DNA of 63,971 bases, counting the filler, from Sphacelaria rigidula (Eukaryota): assembly GCA_964200075.2 (NCBI GenBank). It is 7 parts of 7 records of this genome, joined end to end, with 100 filler letters (N's around TTAATTAATTAA, not from the genome) between each part and the next. Parts side by side here need not be neighbours in the genome. Positions count along the whole stretch, not along the records: positions 36,615 to 45,667 come from CAXNAA020009424.1; positions 45,768 to 54,819 come from CAXNAA020009425.1; 5 more parts are not named here. One strand, 5' to 3'. The position numbers were made by a program, and so were the translations under genes. The notes beneath the pieces are model-generated. The model made no database searches, had not been told where the DNA came from, and worked only from the letters and a program-made list of their open reading frames with translations. Positions 39,981-50,960 of the stretch are shown piece by piece (the first letter of the stretch is position 1; each line of letters begins with the position of its first letter).

Positions 39981-42301
39981 GGCCAAGCAAGTTGTACGTG
40001 ACATTCCCGGCTCATGATGGTAAGAAGTGCGTGTGGCATGTACAATCGATTCATTCAAAGTGCTATGCAGGGGGTGAATATGTGCCCAGTATTCACCCCG
40101 GTATTCACTGAAGGTAGGAAACAGGTACCTTTGACATGTACTGCACGACGCACGAGCTGAAAAGCTGTATAAATGACAAATGATGTACGAATCGTATGAT
40201 GTATTCGTTGGAATAATTCTATGCGTTGAGTCACGGTTATAGTCGTCCTAACCGTGTTTCACTCCAACTTGACCATTTTGTTTCCATCTTGTATGTGTGT
40301 GTGTTTTCCCTGGAACAATGTCGTCTGCTTACAGCTTCACGTCGGTATCCTACTCAGAGGTATCAAACGCGTCATGGTAACCTGCTACAGAAAGCGTTTC
40401 GGTCCTCATATAAAGCCCGGAGAAATATTTCGAAACCGAAATCATTCCGTTTATCGGTCGATCGATTCCCACTCTCAGTCTTATCTTCAGCGTCAATATC
40501 ACGAAAACAAGGCACTATGACGTATGTGAGCACGTCACGATCAGCATTCCCGAGGGCTCGGGAAGTCCGTATTGCATTAAGAAACGGGATATTCCTCACC
40601 CATAATCTTGTGTAACTCCTGGATCCGGGAGGTCCTGCATGATGAAGATTCGAGACCAAATGTGCAACCCTCACTGTAGCATAAACCAAAACCGGCTGAG
40701 CACGGCGGATCAATTACTTTCCGCTCAATTTGGATAACACCCATGACCGAATGGGTTTGTACGCCGCATTTCACATGTTTTAACACCCCTCATCGACATT
40801 ACAATAGTTTAATACACACGGCAGCGGCAGAGACAAATGAAGTTGCTCTGTGTAGAGAACGCGTATGCCTACCAGTCCTCCAGTTTCTGGCTGCGCAGAC
40901 CCTTGTCGCAGATGAAAAAAATGAGGGTAAAGCAAAGATAGCCTACTGCAGATAGGGAGCTACTCTGACCCCCAATCAAGTGAACCACTCTTAAGCCTGA
41001 ACAACGGCTAGTAGCTAGTTGTACCATCCTGTAAAGTTTCAGCTTGCAGGCGTTCGTACAGTATCAGTAGTCTTAGATTGCGTGTCTGAGGGGCATGTTG
41101 GAAAATGATTTTTTCGCTCGCACAAACAGTAACAACTATCCATCGCTAATTTGTGAGCTGCACTGGGTGGAATCAAGCCAGGCTTTGATTAGAACGTAGC
41201 TTCGGATACATACCATAGCTGTGTAACACTATTCTTGTGATCATACCCTCTGTACATTTCTTCGACTCCACCGTGTCTTCATTTTGGGAGTGGTGGTGGG
41301 GAACGTGACACTAAGACTCGGCGCAACACTGAATAAACCGCAACGCTGGTATCCACCGTTTCAACACACACCTACCGCGCCCTCAGCGCTTTGCCCCATT
41401 GAAGCTGTGACTTGATACCTACCTGTGGTATGAACCAACATACCCTTCTAGTTTCGGCACCATACAGACATGAGGTGCGCTTTGTCTCGACGCTTAACTC
41501 TTGTGAAAAAAGTACTCTACTCGCGGCAAGCTCTCATGAGCAGCAAGCTTCGTGCTCTTTTTTGACGAGTGACGAGGGAACACAAAACATATTTTCGAAC
41601 ACATTTTCCACACCTGGCTTCAGGATGTGCTCGTTGTTGTCATAATTCTCATCCAGCAGGATGTTTCTACACGGAGGACGGGCGGGCAGGGTCCCAGCTT
41701 CGGATTTCCAACATGGAATATTCTGTGGATTGCGGTCTGCATGCCTGCATGGCGAGAGGGATATTCCAAAATACAGTCACGGTGAATAACACCTCTGATA
41801 CCTGCCCCCCCGCCGCTCCGTTTTTTTCTGGATACCTACCTGATATACAGTGCCAAAACTAGTCATCTCAATGACAAATTGTCCATGAATCATTCAATAC
41901 CCACTTTTATGGTCTTGACACACCGTACTGTTGAGATCATTGGGGATATATATATTTTAGAAAGAGGGTCTTATTCACCGTCACAAAATAGCGGCGTAAT
42001 TTTACTGGTAATTTCTGCGGACCTGACTTTGGTCTATTTACAACATAGAGAACAGCAGGATATGGTATAACGAAAGAACACGAACCAAGCTGTTGGCACA
42101 GCTGGCTTTGCCCTCACCAGGACACAACCAAGCTAGCCCATCAAACGGATCATCGCGGTCGCTTCTGCTAAGTCGATTTGGTACGCTTCAAGTCCCTCGT
42201 TAATACTGCTGCGAGAAGTTGTACGCAATCCCGTAGTATCCATATCATGGCTCCTCTTGGATCCCGTTGGTGTTCCGTCACACGTGTCCTGCTGCTTGCA
42301 G

Positions 42302-45104
42302 CAACTTGCTGGCGTGATATCGACGTCGAAGGTCTGGCGATCAAGCAGACATTCTATGTGGACGACACTTGTGAAGTGGAGATGAGCCATACCCTCCTCT
42401 TCGGGGCCCTCAGTGCGGATGATTCTGGCAACGTAGTAATCGGTGAGTGCAACTAGCAGTTGTCTACGGTATGCAGTACCTTGGTACGCCTTCCGGTGTA
42501 CACATGTAGGCGAAAAGGGGTAACAGACCTATAGAAGCTAGACAGGATGTCAGGCTGCAGCATAGCAAGGCAGCCTGCAAGTGTTGTCTATCCACGAGTA
42601 CACGGTAGAGAGAAGATGATTCGCCTTTCTTCTATATGTGTATCTGGGCAATGATGTTGGGGACAAAAATCATAGGCAGGGAGGGTACTTACTGCCTGCG
42701 TGTTCATGATGTACCAAGCACAGCAAAAGCCTTTGCCGCGTGTGTATGGGTTACTGTTACAACACCACGCTCATGAGCACTTCTCGTTCCGAACCAGAGT
42801 ACAGAGGCGTTGCGCATGTAATCCTCACGCTACAGATGTTCTTTTTGTATCCGACTTCCTCGTGATGAAACTACGGCGAGGATGACAGAAATTGTTTTTT
42901 CCACAGTCATACTGTGGATTCCCTCCTGCTCGGAACGGGCCCTTAGCGGCAGGGATCAACCCTGTCCCCCGCCGAATACGTGCCTGATTTTGTGGTTACA
43001 TCGATTGAATCAATACTCCCGCACTGCGTCTATTCTCGTCAAATTACACTCACTATTCTCGTTCTCACGTTCTGAGCGACGGAAGCAGCAGCCAATTTTC
43101 ACCGTTGTTGGAGCTTCCATGAGGATGCTACTGAGCCAACAAAATGACCTCTGCGTAGTCACACCAATTCTTCGAAATATGGTTGTATTTCTTCACTTGC
43201 TAGTAGCTATTGACAACTATCACACGTCGTACGAATTTGGATTCCGATAACCGAAATTTTGGGGTCCTAGGTGAAAAACAATAAAACAACTACTACACGT
43301 CAGATAAATTGGATTCCGATAACCGAAATTTTGGGGGTTCCAACCTATATTTCCCGTAGTTCTTTCCCATCTTTCTTGTTCTTGTTCTTGTTCTTGTTCT
43401 TGTTCTTATATCCGTCACATTAGCTCGATCTCTCGAACCCGTGGTCACAGAGTGCAAGGAGAATACCACCCATACCCATAACCCAAACAGCTCGCAGAAG
43501 AAGGCAAGAAACAAAACATACACGAAAAAAGGTCACCTACACTACGAAAGATCCGTATGAGATCGATTGAACTACAGGAGACCTACTTGTACTGGAATCT
43601 AAGAAGCCCCCGCGTGTGACCTCTCCGACTACTTTGCCACGTACTGGTGTATACACGAAGTAGTGGCAGCGAGTGAGCCGATAATCGTACGTAGAGCCCC
43701 AAAAATTTGGATATCGGAATTCAAGTTTGTATGTCGTGTAGTAGTTAATTGTACCAGTAGGTGGATCAATTCAACCATATTTCGGACATTTGGTGAGGAT
43801 ATGGAGTTCTTAATTTTTCGGGTCATGTTCTTCAATGAAACGCTCGATCCTCAATCTGAACGTCGGCTGTTGAAACACACTCTGTTGCTTGAAAAAACCC
43901 GGATATGTCGGGAATGCCGGTATATTTCTCGAAAAATTCCTGCCCAGCAGTTGGGTCGCCTTTCTGCCACATGTAAGAAGTACCTGCAGCTGTTCTAATC
44001 GATGTAAAAAACAATTCCCACTGCATTTTCTCGACTGTACGTCGTTGGAATCATGGGAACTATACGATCCGTACCCCTACATTTGATATTCAGTTGCAGA
44101 GCAAAATGCGGTACAACTGTTGTCGATTCAACTGAGGGTGAACCGTAGCCGTTGTCATGTTTGTCCTTTAACCGTGGGGTCATGTACAAGCGACATGACA
44201 TGAACCAGTCCATGGCAGGAGCGTCCCGCAGCAATATGTACACTACAATACACTAGCGTTCGGTGAAGATACTTCGAAGCATAGGATCAATCATACAGTA
44301 GTGCTATGACGAACCGGGTCATCCCAGTTTCCGAGCATTTTTTTCAAATCAAGAGAAGTTACGGCTTCCTTTATGTCGCTCTCCCAGATAATCCCTATCA
44401 TAGGGGCCCCCTCCGACACTCTCCTCCATATCACTGTTTTTCAGGGAGATCCTTTGAAATTTGGCTTCGATGAAACATGCACCGAATGAGCTGTCTGATG
44501 TTTATCCTGTTCTCACTGTCACGAAACTCTTACAGCCACTGTCCATGCTCTGCACATTTGTCTAGAGACGGTACCACACCGCACTAGCTTCCAACGTGTC
44601 CCCACCTCCTCCCGTCGTGGTAATCGGGCATCAACATATACCCCAAATTCTCGCTGAAAACCATCGCAGGCGAGTAGGTACTGACTTGGCAAGAATCGAA
44701 CTACTTCTCCCAGCAAGGATGGCCTACTCGAGAACTCGAGAATAGCACGCAATCCACGTAGCACTGAGCCAAAAATAAATGATATTATCGTGGGGAATAA
44801 CGGACTCATGTGAGGCGGCATGTTCCGCACAGTATCATAACTCTTCGTGTGCTGCTGTTTCTGCCGCCTACTGTTGCCTGGGTCGTCCACCTACCAGAAT
44901 CATTCAACCAGTGCCACGCAACCCCTGTTGGAGGCAGCCTAAAGGCGGTGTGTGACGCCACCACAGGCGAGAGCAGGCAGGATTTATACATTGACCAACA
45001 ATGCTCATATCCCATTACGGAGCTGCCGTACACCAGCACGGCCGGGTGCGCATCCTGCGGGGACGACGTGTCGTGCGGATATACTGTTGCCTGCACAGGA
45101 GATG
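42302..45104 (+). CDS. Internal exons of an uncharacterised Cys-rich, acidic protein (partial)
   Basis: Exon 42302-42442 (cttgcag|...|gtgagt; TCWRDIDVEGLAIKQTFYVDDTCEVEMSHTLLFGALSADDSGNVVI) and exon 44898-45104 (ctaccag|...|gtgagt; ESFNQCHATPVGGSLKAVCDATTGESRQDLYIDQQCSYPITELPYTSTAGCASCGDDVSCGYTVACTGD). Both are symmetric phase 1-1 exons with consensus donors. A possible extra upstream exon lies at 41657-41734 (AGCFYTEDG...EYSVDC) but has a weak donor. Confidence 0.65.
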
Positions 45105-45804
45105 GTGAGTAAGCTCTGAGTTCTGATGAAGCGGGCACCACATAGCGATGATTTGAAGCTAGGATTCTCGACGCCGAAAGCCAGTGGTGACGAGTTTGAC
45201 CACTGTTCGCTCTTCCCTAAATCAGTAATAGTTCCAATTCAGCTCTACTTGCTGAACAAGGTACAGTGTACGTTGCTGGTAGAAGGACGAGGGCGGCACT
45301 CTACTTCCCACGACGATGGCGATGGTCGGGATTTACCCCTCTCCTTTGTGCAAATTTCACCACAGCGTCGTGTAAGACGTAGAAACGACGAATAACACGC
45401 AAAACAACGAGCTCCAGTCAAGGGACCCGCGGGCGAAGGGACCCGCGGGCCGAGGGACCCGGTGCCGTAAGGACACTTGGCGAGCCCCAGAGATTTCCGA
45501 GGCCTCACGTGTGCGTTGGTATCACGCACAGGCAACACACCACACCGCCCCACCCAACAATCTTGTCATTTGATGATGTGCTATACGTCTGCTTGCTCGA
45601 TTTGCAAACGGTTCACGGTTAGGACAAATAATGATTCGTCAGGAAATTACTCGGTTTTAGTATTATCNNNNNNNNNNNNNNNNNNNNNNNNNNNNNNNNN
45701 NNNNNNNNNNNTTAATTAATTAANNNNNNNNNNNNNNNNNNNNNNNNNNNNNNNNNNNNNNNNNNNNGTGGGGCGGGGGGTGGGGTGGGGTGGCGGGGGC
45801 GGGC

Positions 45805-46820
45805 GTACTTGCTTGTTGCTTGCCTGAGTCGTTCGACCATTGACCACGCGTCCCTCACGAGACGAAGCGCCGTTCCTAGTCCCAATACGGACACACCTCC
45901 AACATTCGGGCGCTCATTACGTTTCTTCCATACACGACACGATTTTTTTTACACTCTTATCCTCGTCGTGATTTGCCGTCTGTGACCACCGTCTCTCTCC
46001 TAGGGTAGCGATCATTTTCTCGCTATTGTCCAATGTACCAAACGATTTCATGCCGCCTCCGTTTTACTTTTCGTATTTCTCTCTCCAACATGTTCCGTTC
46101 CTCCTTGTGTAGTTCATGCTCTGCCGCCATATGAGTGATACTTCCTATTGCTTTGCCAGAAGCAGCTTTGTGCATGTGCTTCTTGCCCGTCTCGACTACT
46201 CGTGTACCTCTCCCTTCTTTCTGGAAGGTCTAGGTCTCCTACCCGCAATCGCAGTTTCATTTTTTCGTGGCGTCCATCGGGCCGTGCAGATATGTTTTCA
46301 TCTTCATCCCCTCTCTCAACCCCGCGTGTTATCAGGTGATCTCTATCGTCTACTTTCGTCTTGGCGCTTTGCCCCCCCTTTTTTTCCAACATGTCTCTTA
46401 CTTTCGTCTTGTACCCGCCACATTCATCTATGTACAGCATCTCGTCTTTGTTTCCTCCTATACCCTTTCATGCTTTGGCGACTACCCTGCCCCATCTTCT
46501 TCCAGTCTACTCTTTCGTCACTCTCTTCCATACGGCCCTGCCAATTGTTGCTGGCAATCTCCTTATGGCAAGCTCCTTACACCAAATTGACATTTCAGTT
46601 CTTTCATGTCTTCATTCGTTATAAGTGGGTACAATCCCAAGTCTGCTCTCAATGCTGTATTACTCGTCGTTTTTGAGCATCCAAGTATTTTCTTAGCTGC
46701 TGTCATCTGTACTGTTTCCAGCTTCTTCACCAATTTCGCGTTCTCCTGCTACACTTCTCCTGCATATTCCAGCTTTGGTACAATCATAGTCACCAGAATA
46801 CATCTCTCAACCCTAGAATG
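45805..46820 (-). mobile_element. 5'-truncated, degenerate non-LTR retrotransposon (LINE) 3' region
   Basis: The minus strand reads VTMIVPKLEYAGEV*QENAKLVKKLETVQMTAAKKILGCSKTTSNTALRADLGLYPL, typical of the region C-terminal to LINE RT, followed by KLRLRVGDLDL. It carries stops and frameshifts. The same 3' end occurs at 25114-25178 (+) and 54560-54745 (-). Confidence 0.8.
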
Positions 46821-47792
46821 AGCGGGGGGGAAGGGGGGAAGGGGGGGAGGGGGGGTACTCATGATCTTGCATGCCGTAGTCATATGGCCATTGACCTCAC
46901 ATTCCTACAAAGCCGGGACGAAGCACGCCGGATTTTCGACGGATCCAGGGGGAGGGGTATAGTGCCACGACTGAAGGATATGGCAACCCCTGCCTGAGTG
47001 TCAAACTATGTCGACTTGAGGGGCAAGCAGAAACAAAAAAGAGTGATACACAATTTGTTGTTCATGTGTCGCGAGTGCGCACACGTGTGTATATTCAGAT
47101 TGCAACTCATAAGAAGCACTCAAGAATAGGCGAAAGGAGCGTATGTTCAGAAACAAATTCCATTCTGTGCATCGAGCCAGTTCTTCGCCAAGGTTCCGCC
47201 GCGTGATTTTGACGGGTAGGGTACTGTCGCACGCTGCCGCGAGCACTGCAAGGGTCATTATCAGAGGCTGTGGCATGCTGGCCCTTGCTCTTTTTGAGCC
47301 GCTTGTGAAGTGAACATAGTACATGCGGTTATAAGGAGAGTGTGGAGGGGAAATCTGCTCAGTTACAACATGTCAAATCTAAACTGGAAAATGACAATTA
47401 CTTTGCAAATGGCAGTGAGACGGCCGAATGTAGACTAGACAGAACAAGTCTTCCTTTCTCTTATATGGCCACGGTCTCCTCAGGATCAAGCAGACGTGTT
47501 CAAGTATACGCGTCCTACTCGCAGAAAGCGCTACAAGCTCAGGTGACACTCCTTCATGTTCCTTACAACATCCAGGTCAGCTTTCAACGCGAACCATCAT
47601 GATATAAGCTGAGCTCTCAAAAGAGGCACGAATGTTTTTTGTAGAACCCTCGATGTTGGACGGATACATTTTCCAATACACCCGACACAGCGCCTTTGTC
47701 GAACCAGATACACATTTATGACAAGAACAAGAGGACCCACGAAGACACGCACGGAAACCCGAAAGAACCCAAAAGGGGGGAAATGCCCTCAC

Positions 47793-50545
47793 CTCTGGTA
47801 TGTAATGCATTAGCATGTTCTCCACGCCGTTTTTGAGTGTAACCGTTGAACTTGGACATCCAGAGCAAGAGCCAGCCAGCTGCACCTGGACGGTGCCCGT
47901 CGTGGGATCAAATCCTTTATAGAAGATATCTCCACCGTCTTCTTGCACTGCTGGTCTCACCTAACGGCGGTATTCGGGGGGCGGTAGCAGCGGCTGTTTA
48001 CAGCCCGAATATTAAATCTGGTCTTGAGGGACATGGAGGAATGCTTCGGGGGAAAGTGAATGCACTGAGCTTGCGAAGTACAAATGCTGGACAACTAGCG
48101 GTGGCTACTGTCCGGGCGGAGTGGGAAGGCACCGACCGATTGGTAAATCAGCATGCCGACCGCAGCCACGATGTATTAGAAAAAACTGTGGAGGGTGGGT
48201 GCGATCGCTACGAGAACCGCTTCGGTGGTTGCTTGATTGCCCATGTATCGCGCACTCGTGTGTTTCAATAGGAGACGGCGTGTATTGGCTCAGGAGTTGG
48301 GCATAACCATAGGCAGAGAAGGGAGGGCGCGTACAGTTTCACCCGAAAAATGAGCTCATTTGAATGCGGTGAGAAAACACACGAAAAGCGTTGAGACAAA
48401 ACATCACTGCAATATCGAATCACAAGTCTACTTGCAAACGGTAGACGAACAATCGGCTCAGACAAAGTACGGCCACACGGTACAAGTCAGTGTTGCGAAC
48501 ATGGGAGGACGCTCTAATTGACGAAAAAAACGCACAGGGGAGACCACCCTATGGCATAGTCACTCGGGTCACCTCATGAAAACAGATACCTTGACAGCGA
48601 ATGGACATTTTGCCTCATGGAGAATAGCTTACCCGCTCCTGCAGCAGCTCCTTAATCATGGCGACAACCTCATCGTCGTCGTCCAGGATAGTCGTGTCCG
48701 TCACAACAGGCTCGTTTAGAATCACGGGCTTTCCCTCCGCGAAGAAGTCCATAATCGATCCGAATACTAATGGTTTCAGTAGCGGCCACACGCCATCTTC
48801 GTCCTGCACAAATTCTCAACCGGACCGGTTGCAGGGTGGCCATGCGCGGGTTCAGTGTAGGCGGAGGGCATGGATGCCACGTATTCCTTCCGATCAGAAA
48901 GTGACACAACGAGAATGCCGACAAGACAATATTTATTTCCACAAATACCCAAGCGGAGTTGCAAACGGAATCATGCTTGGCACTCCCGTCATTGCCGTTG
49001 CGGAAGGACACTGAAGGAGCGAGGAATAAATCATGTTTCGTGTGCCTTTGTAGATTGTTTGCTCACATGACCCCCGCCCACGAACTTTCCCCCGAGTACA
49101 CCCCGAAACTTCAGGTAATGCAGCGGCGGAGAGCGAAGTGCGAAGCACTGCCGATGGCAATCACCTTTGATATTGTGATGAAGTCAGCTCCAAGAAAAAC
49201 GCCAGTGACCCCGTCAAGCCGAAATAACGCCGCAGCCAAGGGGCTTTGCCTATGGGACGCACATGCCGCGAGAAATGGAACAGCGACAAAAGATCGCATC
49301 GTCTGCAAAGGCGGGCTTGAATGTTTGGAATAAACCAGGCTCTCTCATGTGTAACAGAGCCATTTTGATACTAGAAACGCGGGCACGAAAGATCAATTGC
49401 CTCCTTGGATTTCAGCCTGTGTGACGATGTCGTGTACAAAACGGCACTGTGGAGACCATATCAAAACGTCAGATACCGCTTCACCCGTTGAAAAATCTTT
49501 CCGCATCAAGGGGGATGCTTTGGGTCCATATTCATATAAGCCGAAGCAAAGCCCTGGAGGTGCAACGCCATGCCGACAGCACTCTTGCTCCAAGAGCAGA
49601 GCATCAACCCAACCCCAACCCCAACCCCAACACCCGCGACCCCCACGTTTTTTACCCCACCCACCCGCATTTTGGCCACCGCCTGTACACGTAGTACAAG
49701 CAACCTGCACTCGTGTCGGTAGCTGTGGATGCTCACAAATTAGGATCACTTCTACTCCTACGAATCACTCCTTGAATACCTGCTGTCTCTATCTCCTCTT
49801 TTGTAGTAAACACCCGTTCCATGGTCAACGGGCAGCACGGGTCGCCCGGGCAGAAACTTGAGGGAGTTGGGGTTGGGCGTGGACTCCGTTTGGATGAAAA
49901 ACGTCCGGTATTGCTGCGCTGGTCGAGGGGCTGTGTTTTCCGTACCGAGTTGAGCCGTGACGACAGATCCATGCGCACGAACGGACGATTGTTGAAGGTA
50001 GGACGATGCGTAAGTTGGTAACGGAGACGAGGGAGGTATTGAGAAATGTGAGAGGCGCGTACTGTGGCTTGGTTATAAGCTCTAGTATAGGAGTCATTGC
50101 TGATTGGGTTCTGGTTGAAACTGGGGTTGTTCGTGGACAGGGTGGAGTGCCAAACACCATGGCAGGAAGTACGGTACAGCACAGTACAAGAGATGATGTA
50201 CCGGGTAACGTGAAGTGCAACTTCGGAGCGTGAAGTGCGGTCCATTTTGTGCGTCAGCCCATTGGCAAGACTGAGCCCCCACCTCTCTTGGATTTGCCTC
50301 GGCATTGCTATGACACTATTAATCAAACTCTCACCCCGACGCCTGGCGTTGTTGTTCGATCGCGATGGAGCAGGCTCCGCACCTGCCGCAGCGGCGCGCA
50401 GTTGTTGCTGCGCGGCGACTGCGTGAAGAGGCCGACTCCCGGCTCGTATTGTGACTGCACGTGCGCCGGCTGACCGACCCAAACAAGACGAATTGAGCTT
50501 TGCGACCAGAGTCTGAGGTCGTAAATTCCTTAATGAACAGGACAT
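47793..50545 (-). CDS. NFU1: Mitochondrial NifU-like Fe-S cluster scaffold/carrier protein (Nfu_N + NifU domains); last exon not located
   Basis: Exons 50545-50335 ([11 protein letters not shown]..., Arg/Ala/Ser-rich presequence), 49930-49780 ([23 protein letters not shown]), 49249-49165 ([28 protein letters not shown]), 48803-48633 ([16 protein letters not shown]...[17 protein letters not shown]), 47960-47793 ([12 protein letters not shown]...[27 protein letters not shown]). All introns are GT-AG with matching phases and the CxxC motif is intact. Confidence 0.96.
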
Positions 50546-50960
50546 GAGCACCACGCCGGAAGAAAGTCTAGTATGGTGCCAGAAGAGTACAACAGCCCGT
50601 GGTGTGCCAGACGCAGACGATGCCGGCGCGCATGGATGAATCTTTTCGGAATAGTTAAAATCTTATGATGTCATGCTCCAAAAGGTAAACTTTTGACACG
50701 GGACTCCTCTGGCGCTTAGGATTTTAGTAATGTCCATGCATACGTGTGTGATTGTGTCTCGACGCACTTTTATCTCTCAAAAACTAATACCATGAAGACT
50801 ACGGTCGTGTTGGTGTCTTATTTGTAACAAACCGGCGGAGGTTCAGATTCTATACCACCAACGGGAACAAAACTAATAGTCAGGTATGGTCATGGAAAAA
50901 TCCGAGGTCTAGCCTACCTGAAACACGAGGGCTGTGCCCACACAACAGTGCGGGATAGCT
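50546..50960. promoter_or_regulatory. Short divergent (bidirectional) intergenic region between NFU1 and the UBL-PUB gene
   Basis: The two start codons face away from each other with 415 bp between them. No specific motif is assigned. Confidence 0.5.

Noticed and set aside
35327..45104. Joining the signal-peptide exon (35327-35393, phase 1) to the phase-1 Cys-rich exons as one secreted protein
   Set aside because: The phases fit, but the exons lie on different contigs separated by an artificial linker at 36515-36614.
49733..50554. 273-aa single-exon ORF
   Set aside because: Only the first ~70 codons are NFU1 exon 1. The rest reads through an intron, and exon 2 is in another frame.
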